In this document: positions 1 through 12,600 of the stretch, in pieces
How the letters are laid out: each line of letters starts with the position of its first letter
How positions within the stretch are numbered: position 1 is the stretch's first letter
Origin: Halocafeteria seosinensis
Lineage: Eukaryota
Assembly: GCA_001687465.1 (NCBI GenBank)
Contig: LVLI01000140.1
Coordinates: 1-64,000, forward strand
Direction of reading: 5' to 3'
DNA length: 64,000 nucleotides
Made by a program: the position numbers and the translations under genes
Notes under the pieces: generated by a model
Database searches by the model: none
What the model was told of the DNA's origin: nothing
What the model saw: only the letters and a program-made list of their open reading frames with translations

Positions 1-1
1 C

Positions 2-1263
2 ATCAGTGGTGGTTTAGCCGGAGGAATTTGTNGACCATATTGTGGTCAGAATGCAGACTCTGTGTCAATCCTGAACTGTTCATCGTCCGGACGCATTAGT
101 GGTCGTTCCTCGGGTGGTATCGTCGGATATGCTTTTGCTTATGGGTCGACGCTTGCCAACATCACGGATTGTCATTCGACCGGGACTATTGACGGTAACT
201 ATGCCGGAGGGGTTGCCGGCTCGAACGCCGGATGGCAGGCCGGATCTGTGTACATTCTTCGCTCACACAGTAGCGGAGCAATGCAGGGAGACCACTCCGG
301 AGGGATAGCAGCGCATAGGTGTGGCTACCAGGTGTCGTATGATGATGAGAATGTCGTACAGATAGCTGAATGTTTCTCCACCGGAAAAATAGCTGGTCAC
401 TATAGCGGAGGGATCTGTGGCTCATTTGCGGCCGAAGACGGGCATGTGAAAATTCGGCATAGTTATAGTCGAGGTGCGGTAACGGGCTCGAGAAGTGGAG
501 GAATATGTGGTGGTACTGTAGGCGGCAGTAGTGATTCGTATCTCTTTATCTCGTATAGTTATGCCTCGGGAGCTGTCAGTGGTAGTGATGCCGGAGGAGT
601 TTCCAGTATGGCCGAGGATGATAGTCCAGGCGGTGCTACAGTGGATGTTCGATATTGTGTTATACGTGGACCGCTTCGAAGAGACCTTTCTGTTGAAGTA
701 CAGAACTGTAGGGCAATATCAAATGTTATAGGGAAAGTTTATACCCCATTTTGGTCGGAGCGGATTTGGGCTGTTCCCAGTGAAGATGAGCTACTCATTT
801 TGCGCTACCAGATGGAGCCTTCTCCCAGCACTTCTCCGTCTCCTTTGGCGTCCCCTTCCGTGACCCCTAGTTTGACACGTACACCCTCCCGCACTGCTTC
901 TTCGTCGCTGACACCGACGAAACCCATACGGGAACGGCTACAAGTACTGCTACGCTCACAGATACTCCTTCCGGGTCTGCAACACAGACGGCCTCGGAAA
1001 CATCGACTCCCAGTTCTTCTTCGTCGGGAACTGCGTCGGTAACACCGACCAAGACCTATACAGGAACGCCCACAAGAACTCCTTCCCCCACGAGAACTCC
1101 CTCCCACTCTGCGACACAAACATGTTCTCCGACATCAACTCCCAGCTATTCCCCGTCGGAAACTGAAACACCAACGGTGTCCAACAGACCGCGCGTGAAA
1201 AGGCTGAAAATACAAGTTACGGCGCAAAGGGGGCGCCGAGCCTGGTGGTCGGCGAAAAGCTGA
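2..1263 (+). CDS. Gly-rich repeat (GLUG-like) surface/secreted protein with Ser/Thr/Pro mucin-like stalk; 5'-partial, frameshifted near 920 (possible pseudogene)
   Basis: Frame open from base 2 (ISGGLAGGIC...). Repeated S.G.I.G..SGGI.G units. The S/T/P tract continues in another frame after a 1-nt loss at ~920 (ccgacgaaa-cccatacggga vs repeat ccgaccaagacctatacagga) to TGA at 1261-1263. Confidence 0.65.
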
Positions 1264-1439
1264 AAATACCATGTATTGATAATGTTCACTCACACAGCTA
1301 GCATGTAGACTAGACTTCTTCCGATAGGAGCAATATGTATCGAATCGAGCCACTAAAGGTGGTGTTGTTACACACACGATGAGTGAAGGCCCGTTAAAAG
1401 AGCTGCTTCAACTGATGTCGTTTTCCCCTTTCGTTTTCC

Positions 1440-1950
1440 AGGCCGGAACGCTTGGGGGGTTGAGGCTCGGAACCGTTGAGCCGACGGAAGTCCTATTCCG
1501 AGTAGGCTACTCGGAACCGCTCCAGCATCTTCACGTTGTGGCGCATCAACGTGATAGGCAGACAGTTTGGCCATCATCAGCTTCCGCAATTCGGTTGCTC
1601 CCTTGTTCCCCAGCGACCTCATCAAGAAGTTGATCGCGTCTTCACGGAAACCACCCGTCGCCTCCATCACGAGCTGAACAATTGCCGTCTGATGGTCCCT
1701 CAGATGACTTTATCCGTTCCATAATCATCTTCTGATCATCTTCTGGGACGGTGAGGGGCTTTTCTGCTGTCCTGGCTAATCTGTGGCCTGTAAGCGGATT
1801 TGCCACCGTCTCGTCGGCATAAACTGTGCTCGTTGGGCCCTTTTGCTCCATAACTGACCTCGCTTCTCCTTCGTTTCGCAGGGCACCGGCTCTTTCATAA
1901 ACTCGAAATATGTAATCGAAGAGTGCGAGCTAGTTCATGTAAACCGGCTT
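1440..1950 (-). mobile_element. Degenerate 3' remnant of an RLE-type (CRE-like) non-LTR retrotransposon, copy 1
   Basis: Broken frames give TVYADETVANPL and EATGGFREDAINFL...RKLMMAKLS, resembling the restriction-like endonuclease C-terminus (DVTV.NP; PFA.E..G..G..A..FL; LS..L.R.N). DNA similar to 3226-3400. Confidence 0.6.
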
Positions 1951-3196
1951 AGCTGTAATCCGATTGCCAACAGTGCAACTTACATTGGTTCTTCAGGAGA
2001 TAGAGAGCAGACATCGCACGCAGACGTTCTCTCTCAAGCAGGCAAAAGCCTTGCAGCGCCGAATAGAATTTCAGCCTGTTGCAGCTACTTCCCATGGGAA
2101 TGGCACTAGTGTACCGTATTCGAGGTCCGAGAGTAGACCACCGACTGATTCTACCACCCAATCAGCATCCATGGCATCACAACCTGAGGTAATGTAATGT
2201 TTATTGACTTGAGTGAAAAGCATGAACATCAGTTGGGGGGAGTCCACGACACGTACGACTCCACACTTGAGTACAGCGGAACGAAAAGCTTTGCGCGGTG
2301 GAAATGGGATAATACAGGTAGCTCTAGCATCAAAAATATGCACTGACGATATGAGTCGTCTCGATCGGACAGTATTAAGGTTACGCGTCTGGAAGGCGAA
2401 GTTACTCGCTGAGCCACTTTCCTTGGGTTGAGGTTCAGGTAGACACCACCAGGATAAATATCATCGATGGAGTTGATTCTGAGCCAAAACTGGGAGCGGA
2501 GGGCAAACGTGGTGATACTAACCGTGCGCACATCCCCAGGGGTCGTGCTGGTCAATTAGAGTTTGCCAAGCGGGCTCAAGCTCTTAACCGGTACATTCTA
2601 GTTCGTGAAGCAAAGGCGAAACGCGAGAAAAATGCTCGCGCTGGTGTTTCCAAGAAGGTATTCGGTCCTGTTTTGCCATCGCACAATTGAAGCTCTTTAT
2701 TAATTTGCCAGAATCTTAGCTGCACTTGACGGACATACATGCGACACCGTCATAGTAGACTCGGAGGACGTTGGGCTCTCGAGAGAAGTAGTGCTGGTGA
2801 TAGTCTGCCACAGCGTCATTCCACGGACGCACCAAGTTCTTCCGTCTCAAGCACAAACCTGTTGACTCCTTGTTTGTACAAAGACTGGTATTGTCAGCAG
2901 TGCATCTGGTTCAGCAGGGCAACTGGAATGACCCCAGCTCTAGGGATGGCTCCAAAGGAGATCAAAAGGTGCAGACATGGTAACAAAAGAGGGGAAACTC
3001 GTAAGAGGAACAAAGGAGTGCTTATGATTTGGTGCGCGAGTTTGTCAGACGGCATGAACGGTGCCGGTTCGAATACAGAAAGTTAATCCATTTCTCAGTG
3101 TCGTCGATAGCTACGATCACAAACCTTGACAGTCCTCGAAGTCCTTCGTGTGTATTGGCATTGCTCCTACCCGAAAAAAGTCTGCTACAGGCTACG

Positions 3197-3530
3197 CTAC
3201 GCCGTGTGAAGGGTGAACCTTACCCCGAACCGGTCCAACATCTTCACGTTGTGGCGCATCAACGTGACTGACAGTTTGGCCGTCATCAGCTTGCGGAAGT
3301 TCCGCATCTCCCTTGTTCCCCAGCGGAAGCCCGATGCTTTCCTGGCAATTCTTTTGAGGAACTTGATTGCGTCTTCCCCGAAGCCGCCCGCCGCCTCTAT
3401 CGCGAACGGGATAATTTCCTTCGCAGACACTGCAGCGACCCTGAACTACTCGTCAGCCGGAGACATTAGTTGTGGCTCCCCGGGCGTCGGATACGCTGTG
3501 CTCATCACGGTTTGTGATTCAGCGGGGCTA
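3197..3530 (-). mobile_element. Degenerate 3' remnant of an RLE-type (CRE-like) non-LTR retrotransposon, copy 2
   Basis: IIPFAIEAAGGFGEDAIKFLKRIARKA...RKLMTAKLSVTLMRHN; shares catcttcacgttgtggcgcatcaacgtga with copy 1. Confidence 0.7.
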
Positions 3531-3534
3531 TCGA

Positions 3535-3915
3535 TGATCATGCCGGACGGATTGCCTGCTCGAATGCCGGATAAGTCAGCCGAGATGATACGCCGCATCT
3601 GTGTACATTATCCCCACACACATTAGCTGGTAGATGTGGAACTCAAGTGTCATATAATGATGAAATTGTAAATGTTTCTCTATCGGCAGCTGGCCAGTGC
3701 AGCGGCGGGTTTATGGCTCATTTGTGACCGAATATGGGCATGTTAACATTGGTTTACATGTAGTTATAGCCGTCCAAAGTGTCCTGAGGGTTTCCAAAAG
3801 TGGGGGAATGTTTGATGGTACTGTAGGAGGAAGCAGTGATTCCCATCTCTTTATTTCGTATAGTCATGCACCGGGAGGTGTGGTAGTGTGGAAAGATGAT
3901 ATTCCAGAAGGTGCT
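3535..3915 (+). pseudogene. Decayed paralogue of the Gly-rich repeat gene at 2-1263
   Basis: Collinear similarity to ~200-640 with deletions and frameshifts, e.g. GTVGGSSDSHLFISYS vs GTVGGSSDSYLFISYS. Confidence 0.85.
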
Positions 3916-5142
3916 AAGATCCCCTTAACTAGTTCCTCTTAGCTGGTACCAGTTGGGAACCTCTCCGGCCCTACAGGACCTCGAGTGTGACAAGTACAGT
4001 GCACGGCGAAGACGCATGCAGTAACGGTTACAGGGTACTCCAACCGGAAACGGCTAAAGCTGCAGCACCCGCTGCAATGGCCGCGCCGAAGATGATACCA
4101 CCTGTGGTTTGACTGCATGGTATTGGTGGGGATTGCACTCCTTTAAAGGGGTAGAACTTCTACCGTAGATATTGTACACCACTACAGTATGCGTACCGGC
4201 ATACAGGTTCTTGCCGTATATGCACCAAGCGGCGAAATAGCATTAAATCTATTTATTGCTGTCACTGACTCACTGTCTTGTATGATTTCGGATAAGTGTT
4301 ACACGATTACCGTATACATGCACCAGAAGACCAGGCAGTTTAATATGCTTTCTCCTTAGCCGTCGCTCTTTTCGGTAAACCGGTACTTCCTTAACTTCTT
4401 GTTTAGTACCAAAATGGTAGCTTCTCGTAGTAGTGTGTATTAGTTATGGCCTACTGGCTAAGTGGAAATGGGGTTGTACAATTTGTATGACCTGTACAAC
4501 AATTGGAAAATCTTTGGTATTATGTGCTTCCAACACGTTCCCACAAATTGACCGCACCAGGAATACCATGGTACAGTACTGTGCACTTGTGTTAAGCAGC
4601 GAGCATTTCCCACCGAAAACACCAGCAGCCCCTAGCACAACTAATACAACAGCGGAAAATTATGCTTCAATGTCTTGCCCAAGCTGGGGGTGCTTCAATG
4701 GAGCCTCTTCTTGAAGCCGCCGTTCAGTTCAGTTTACATTTCAGTTCAGTAACTCCAGTTTATTAAGTGCTTCGAAAAGATTGTTCGGTTTGGTTTGAGA
4801 GCGCATGTAATACAGATAAATACCACACTACTGTTCACCTGGGATGTCCACATGATAGTTTGCTTGCTTTTATTATCGTTATACATATTAGTTTTGTCCC
4901 TATGTGTCGGTATAGGAGAAGAGCGAGGTAAGAGAGTTGCTTCAGCTCCACCATTTTTTCCTCACTGGGGAGGTATTTTTAGTCTATATGGCTTGAGTAC
5001 AGCCGTATTCATGCTAGTTTTAGCGAGTTTACATGCTGTATGATACTGTACTCTCTTGTGTCATCTATTGATGATATGCGTTTCTGTTTTTATACCGTTT
5101 GAGCTGCAGAACGAGAGCCAAAAGATCAACATCTAAGACGCC

Positions 5143-6933
5143 ATGTCCCAACAACAGCATACAAATAGCAGCAGTATGGGCTTCCCTTCAGCTGTAGGCG
5201 CCAATGCTGCCAATGTAAGTGGTGGAGCTGGTGGTGGGCCTCCTCCACCACCTCACTCCCACCATTACGCGCCACCGCATTTGCAACAGCAGCAGCAACA
5301 TCAGCAGCCTTTGGCAGGATTAGGGTCTCACCCCATGCAACAACAATTCCAACAGACGGCCCCAGGGATGCCTCCTCAGCAACAGAGACATCCAGGACAT
5401 CATCCTCAATACCAGCAGCAGCAATACCCTGTGTTTTCTGCGTCGGCCCCGTTGAATCAACAGCAGCAGCAACAGCAGAGACAGATGTATGCAGCGTTAG
5501 GGCCACCAGGAAGCAGCGCCATGTCTGGTGGAGCGAACATGTTCCCACATTCGCAGTCGCAGCAGTCGATGGGGATGCCGCCGATGAGTACCGCAAATAA
5601 TGTTCCTATTGGTGGAGCTGTTACGGGTTCTGGTGGCATTCAGCAACCCAATGTACCGATGTCTGCGGGTATCAGCATGCCTATGCAAGCAAGCAGCAGC
5701 AATGTGCCCATTCATTCCTCCCAGCAAGTATGTCAGCGCGTTGATTTCTTAGTTTTGAAATGCGAAACAAGCCGTGAATTGTTTCATGCCCTGTCGAATC
5801 TGCAGTTACATCCCGGTGCTATGGCTGCCGCTATGGAAGGCCATGTCCCCGGGGTATCGAAAGCACCCCAGCAGATGCTCGGGCCTCAACAGATGCAGCA
5901 AAGCCTCGGAGTACCTGAGCAGCTTGCGCAATCGCAGAACCAGTTAAACTTTGGCTCTGAGCATTTACCGTCTTCTGCGCCTATGGCATCTAGGTTAGGT
6001 ACGTGGCGTTGCACACTGGAACAGCTCTGGACGATGCCAAGTGTGAATTTGTCCTCCATGTGACTTTGCGCAGACAATGCGAATTTAGGGAGTCGAGGAC
6101 CTACTACTTTAAGGACGGCAAGTGATTCTAGAGCTTCAAGTAACTACTATGCATCATCTGTTTCTGGAGGAGTGGATTTTGGTAGACAGCATGGTGCACC
6201 CAGTTTTAATGGCTCTATGGATACAATGCGGTCAAGAATGGCCCCACCGGCCAAGTCTCAAGGGCGAGGCGAAGACCATGGTCAGCAGCCTCAAGCTGAA
6301 ACTGGCACAGAGGATGATTATGGTCTAATGGGTTTACTGAAAGTTCTTAAGTCGGGCGATAGCAACCGCAATATGTTAAGCCTGGGTGTAGACCTGACCT
6401 CTCTGGGACTAAGCCTCAACACTAGGAATTCTCTACATCCTACGTTCACTCTTCCCTGGGCTGATCGGCCAGTGGCCAGAGAACCAGAGTACAGCTTACC
6501 TGACTGCTACAAACACCCACATCCTCCTCTGAAGACAGGACATTTCAAGAAATTCACCCTGGAGACCCTGATTTACATCTTCTATTCCATGCCGAGAGAC
6601 GTATTACAGGCTTATGCTGCCCAGGAGCTGTACCGCAGAGGTTGGAGATTTCATCAAGATTTGAGGCTGTGGTTGATCTACGACCCTGAAATGTCCACTG
6701 AACTTTCCAAGAAAACAGCAGCAGCATCGGAAGCGGAAAAGAATGTGGAGTATAACTATGTATATTTTGATGTCCAAGTGTGGGAAAAGCGTCCCTTTGC
6801 CGGGAATACAGTGCGGGATGCCCCTGTGAATAAAGGCTTTATACCTCCAGAGGAAATTCAGGTTCCCAAAGCTGCTGAGACAGCTTCTTTAACTAGTACG
6901 ACTCAGGAAACAAGTAGTACAAGCGCAACGTAG
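5143..6933 (+). CDS. CNOT2: CCR4-NOT complex subunit NOT2
   Basis: Q/P/G-rich N-terminus; NOT-box region DYGLMGLLKV...LGVDLTSLGL...ETLIYIFYSMPRD...WRFH. Introns approx. 5728-5805 and 5999-6073. Confidence 0.92.
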
Positions 6934-6979
6934 ATAGAACCGTGCCTCGGAATAAAAACACTGGCAAGTAACAGACAGT

Positions 6980-8810
6980 CTACATTGTCGATCGATGTGA
7001 GCCTGATGCTGCATCATTGGTCGAGACCGGTTGATGCTGATCATCATCTTCCAATCTTTGATGGTTGAATAAATGTCTGCGTTGTCGGTATTTGTAGGCG
7101 ATCGCCACCAATAAAGCCCCACTAAGCACGAACAACGCGGCAGCAATAGCAGTGGCATGGGCACGAATAGCAGCGATGAATCGCCCAACCAAGCCACCTG
7201 ATTTATGGTTGTTCAGATAAGCATCGCATCGTTTACAGGAGCTAATTTCTTCGCAGTTAGCTCTCGCAAAACTGAGCTCTTCCTTCTCCATATCAAACTG
7301 AAATGCGTAGTCTTGCATCACGTTTGCTCCCAAAATTGCACCATTATTGTCAAACCCAAAAAACCCAACACACCACGCGTCGCCCCAGTTTGATGCCTCG
7401 GGTGCATAATAGGAGAACAAATACTGAGAGGGAGGAGCAGTGAGGCTGGCCTCAAGAAACGCAAACTCGACAGTTGGGAGGATGTCATCCAGATACTCCG
7501 GCGGAGTTTGAGTATTATAGTGTCCCTTGTCTTTATTGGATGGAATCTCGATACATAGCGTCTTTTCTCCTATCTCCTCCGAAAAAAAAGTAGAACCACA
7601 CTGGTGTTTACCAGCGCTTCGGCATGACCTCTCTGCTTCTTTGAAGATCGTTGTAGCCGCCTCAGTGGGAAGGTAAGTAAACGTAGTACCACTATCGACA
7701 ATCGTTCCACGCCCTCCATTAAATCGAAACATATCTACATCCAACGACGTCCACGTTCCATCGGAATTAGAGAGGGACATCTCCCTCACTTCTACCACGT
7801 GGAAAGCTGAGTATCCCTTTAGAGGAGTTGTTACTAAATCTGAGGCCAACATCGTCCTATTTGTAGCCCCTATATTTAGCTGTCCGCCTCGTCGGGAGAG
7901 GCACAGCGAAAACAACAGGTTGCTCGTTACTCCTGCATCACGCAGGGTATACGGTAAAGTTATTGGCTGTTTTGTGAGTCCCATGATGCCATCGGCAAAT
8001 TGGGTCTTGAACATCTTCGATTCGTAGATGTGGCAGCCAAAATCAAAGCGAACTGAGCTATTCTTGTTCCTAGTGCCTCTCCCAATCCATAAGATATCAC
8101 TGTATAAATACCCTTTGATTTTTGATCCTTCCCTGCAACAAAAGCAGCAACATCAGAAATGTTGTAGTCGCGTAGACAAGATGAACGATGCAACTTACAT
8201 ATAACCTTCCTCATAATAACATTTGCCTTGCTTGCTGCAGCTTCTGGCTATCTGTGGACACCCTCCTCCACTGCTGCAGTGGTACAGCTTTGACGTTGAG
8301 CTTGCTGCAGGGTCGAATCGCGGGTTCATGTGTTTACCACATTCATCACAATTCTTGCACGGGAACGCCGTGAGCGTCGACCCTGTGTCCAATACTACTG
8401 TTGCTTCCTGTGGAGGAGTTCCTACTTCTACAAATGAGTAATAGTACCTGCTTCAAGAGACCGAACGCAACCACCGAATACCGAAATTTCTGAAAGCAAA
8501 ATTCCGACAATTCCATGACTTACCCTCGAGCTGTACTGCCGAAGACTGAGGCCGAGACATATTTGTTTCCATCAGCTCCGAGTGTGGCTCTCAAATTTCG
8601 TTTACTTGGTTGGGACGCGGTAGAGAAGTGGCTTTTCTGCGCGGGATAGAGTGAATAAAAAGTTTTTGTAATGGATAGTAGTCGGCAATGATTACTGCTT
8701 CAACTTACATCATGTTCTACGACAGCATACGGCGCATTCTGCGTGCCTACAGCCCACTGAGTTAATAGCAAACTCAGTACAGGACACAATAACACTGCTC
8801 GAGGCAGCAT
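6980..8810 (-). CDS. A1-family aspartic protease, plasmepsin V/ASP5-like, with signal peptide and C-terminal TM helix
   Basis: MLPRAVLLCPVLSLLL signal; VGTPPQ...LDTGSTLTAFPCKNCDECGKH; second catalytic IVDSGTTFTY; ILGANVM; C-terminal hydrophobic helix followed by basic residues; several short introns. Confidence 0.9.
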
Positions 8811-9640
8811 TATCGCTGTATGAACCTTTATATTGCGTCTGAAGAAAAGAGCTCCGTCTTTGTCGCCACCTTAAAGCGCGTTTCTATTGACCTCACACTT
8901 TCTCAATAAACTGATTAACGCGTGTATCTACGTCCATAATTCATCACAATTAGCATCGTGTACTTGGGTGTTCACAGTGTATCAAATCGCTGTGAATGAC
9001 GTGCAATAACAATGGTTGTGCTACGTCATTTTCCTACTTCAAACGGTGGCAGAACAAGCGCTCGCCTACACGATATATAGCCCCCCGCCCCCGCGAAAGC
9101 AGTGAGCATCTGATCGAAGTTGGTACAAGAGGTGATACAATGTGTGGTATACGTCAGTGGCCTCATGGACGGGAAATATGTCATTTAATGGTCTCAGATA
9201 GAATATACCGTGGGGCCTGTATCCTCGATTCTTGGTCACCACGTAGGGAATGATACGACCCATGACATCCTTCAGTCAGTGTATTCATTGTGAAAGAAAC
9301 TCTCTTTGTGCATTACTTGATGTGGTTACCACGTGAATAAGGGTTAAATCACTGCAAATGACGGGGTAGCTATCCACCATACCATCATCATGGACGCTCT
9401 TCCACAGACACCGATGAGCTCTTTAGTCAACATACTCAGACTTACTAATTCTGGTATTGTCATTCCCATAGGGCCGCTGTACCGTATAATATACAGTCTC
9501 CATGAAACTTGGGTCCCCAACTTCAACTTCATCCAGAGCCTCTCAGTTCATTGTCTTCCTCTTCAGTGGTGTATTGATGATGGCCTGAGCATTAGTATTA
9601 CGGTATTTGTATAGATTATATATCAAAGAAGGGGAGTACA

Positions 9641-12600
9641 ATGCCTCCGCCGCGTAAAACGAAAGCCGAGAGGCGAAAGAACCGCCAGCAGCAGCATCAG
9701 CGTGGTCCAGGCCAAAAGAGTCAGAAGATGATGCTCGGGGAGGACTATTATGGAGGTAATCAGTACGATATTGACTCCATTTTGGACCCGTCGTTGAGTC
9801 AGACAATGAAGGAGACCATGTTTAGAGAAGGGTATGCGTTGGAACATGAAGACAATGAGACGGAGCCCCAAAATGCTGGCTCCGGGGACGACGGCACTTC
9901 AATAGAGCGTCATACGGCCTCTGAAGGACATGATACCGATAGCACAACTCACCATAGTACAGACCAAACCTCTGTCGCGACGCTGGGTGAAGCACTGGAC
10001 TTGCCAAACTCACATGTCTTGGCCAACAAACAGAACTTCAAGAATCTGACACACCGAGAACTACGTCGACTGTCCAAGAGTCAAAGGAAGAAACTCGAGA
10101 AATTGAAACGAAATAAGGAAAAGGAAAAAATGCGAGGAGAAGTTCTGGAATCACTCAAGCGAAATTCGTTGAGTGACGATCAATTGAAATTGATTCGGCA
10201 AAGTGGCTTTGTCGGTCAACGAGTCACGATGAAAGAACACTTGCAACGTGAAATGAGCAAGAAGAAATTAGGTCTGAGTTATACCACCGACTATCTGGTT
10301 AAAAGTTTGGATACAAACACCGATAATGATGAAAGCGAAGTGGAAGATGACGAAGGTAACGATGGGGCGAATGATCTCGAACAAGTTACAACAACCGCGT
10401 CGGCTTTGCCTTCTCAGCAACCGGTTACGACTGACTCAGCTCCTCGACCATCAGAAACCGCGTTCAAGATCAGCACGCCCTTTAGATCCACCGCGGTGAG
10501 CTCCGCTACTTCCACTTGTGGAGATACTCAAGATAGGGTTCCCGCTAGTGAGGAGGGAACTGGAGTCAACGACACCAACCTTGCGAAGCTTCAGAGACTT
10601 CGAGCGAAGAACGCCAAACTCGCTTCCGAAGGCAAGTATGCAATCGATGCCAAGTGGACACCGGAGTTACCCAAGGAAAGGAATAACGACAGTATAATGG
10701 ATGCGGTGGAGAGTCCAAATCTTGTCGCTACAGCTGCTTTAGTAGGTAGCTTCGTATCGCAGTCTTCGGAGATTAATCCGAGCATCAACGCTGGAAAAAC
10801 GACAAATTCTACCTCCGTTACTGCTGCAACGCCGAGTGAACAGTCAAGTCATTCCCAGGAAGTACGAACAAAGAGATGTGTCCATGTAAAGCGGAGTAAA
10901 ACAGTTCAAAAAAGCAGAATGAATCTGCCTGTGTGTCAAATGGAACAGGAAATAATGGAGAAAATCATTGACAACGATGTACTCGTCCTCTGCGGAGAAA
11001 CAGGGTCCGGCAAGACCACCCAAGTTCCTCAGTTTCTTTATGAATACGGTTATGGACTTCATGGCCACTCGATTGCTGTTACTCAGCCCAGACGAGTGGC
11101 TGCAGTATCAATGTCGAGGAGAGTTTCGTTTGAGTTAGGGGGAGGCAGCATGAAGAAAGACCCTGTTGGATACCAAATCCGTTTCGACAGCAGCAACGTT
11201 GGTCGCCATACTAGAATAAAGTTCCTTACGGATGGTATCCTTCTTCGGGAAATCCAGGAGGATTTAATCCTGCGCAAGTACTCATGCATACTAATAGATG
11301 AGGCCCATGAAAGAAACGTTAACACTGATGTGCTCATTGGGCTGCTTTCTAGAGCTTTGAAAGTGCGGAATGAACTCGCTAGGTCCGAGAAAGAACTGAA
11401 AAAGCCGGAATCAGAACGTATCGTGCCGCTTAAGCTTGTCATTATGTCTGCGACGTTGAGAGTGGACGATTTTGTCCAAAATGAAGCCTTATTCCCTACA
11501 CCACCGCCGCTGATTCGCGTCACAGCACGGCAGCATCCAGTTACTATCCACTTCAGCAAGCGCACCGAGTTACAAGATTATGTAAGAGAGGCCGAACGTA
11601 AAATATGCAAGATGCATAAACAGCTTCCAGAGGGTGGTATCTTGGTCTTCCTTACGGGCCAAGATGAAATCGAATACTTGTGTAAACAACTCCAAAAGAG
11701 ACTAAAGCGTAAAAAACGGAAGTATAACGAGCTGGGGAATGACGATGATGCTTTTCAGTCCACGGAAAACGGACAAAACACGGAATCTAAGGAGCAAGAG
11801 CCCCCACTGCACAGAGAAGACGAAGAGAATCAGGACGACACACTCTCCATCTCGTCGAATGAGAGCGAAGGGGAGGAAATGCAGGATGGGGCAACTACCA
11901 CGGAGCAGCACGCTGGCAGTGATGCTACCACAGACGAGACGTCAAAACCAGCCCACGTGCTTCCTCTCTACGCAGCCTTACCTCAGACGGAGCAATCTAA
12001 AGTATTCCAATCTCCGCCACAAGGACATCGCCTTATTGTTGTCGCCACGAACGTGGCCGAAACCTCGTTAACCATTCCTAACATTCGGTAAGTGTGGATC
12101 TACTGAATTTTGTTGTCCCCCCTTGTGCATAGGTGTTTTGGAATTCACCGTTCCAATGGTAAAGAGAACAATTACGGTCTCAATTACCGGTGACAATTGT
12201 AAAGTGGTCTTCACTTTGCATTTGTCTCAATGCCTGCTTAAGTTCTTTCGAAGGGGAACAGTAGTGGGAACTCATAGTACATGTGACCACAACGCTGCTG
12301 TTCAGTGTTGCTTTAGTCATTATGCCTCCGTTGTTCCACACATTCTTGCTTTCTCTCTGCAGGTATGTCGTTGACACCGGTAGAACCAAGAGAAAAGTGT
12401 ATGATAAACGGAGCGGTATGAGTCGATTTGAAATCGGTTGGATCTCACAGGCGAGTGCTGAGCAGCGAGCAGGGAGGGCCGGGAGAACCCGAGCTGGACA
12501 TGCCTACAGGTTATATTCTTCGGCCGTTTTCCAAGATCAATTCCCGTCGTTCGAAGATCCGGAGATTGTATCACTTCCAATAACAAGCATGGTTTTGCAG

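Noticed and set aside
1960..2690. Plus-strand coding-like fragments between the retroelement remnants
   Set aside because: No recognisable motif or consistent gene model; probably decayed sequence.
4040..4390. Recurrent ACCGG words here and in other intergenic regions
   Set aside because: A 5-mer whose enrichment cannot be established without counting against background.
9066..9545. Minus-strand frame with few stops and YPVICSDLTLIHVVTTSSNAQREFLS, faintly like a hAT dimerisation motif; also box C/D-like words
   Set aside because: Similarity too weak, no TIRs, and no convincing terminal stem or guide sequence.
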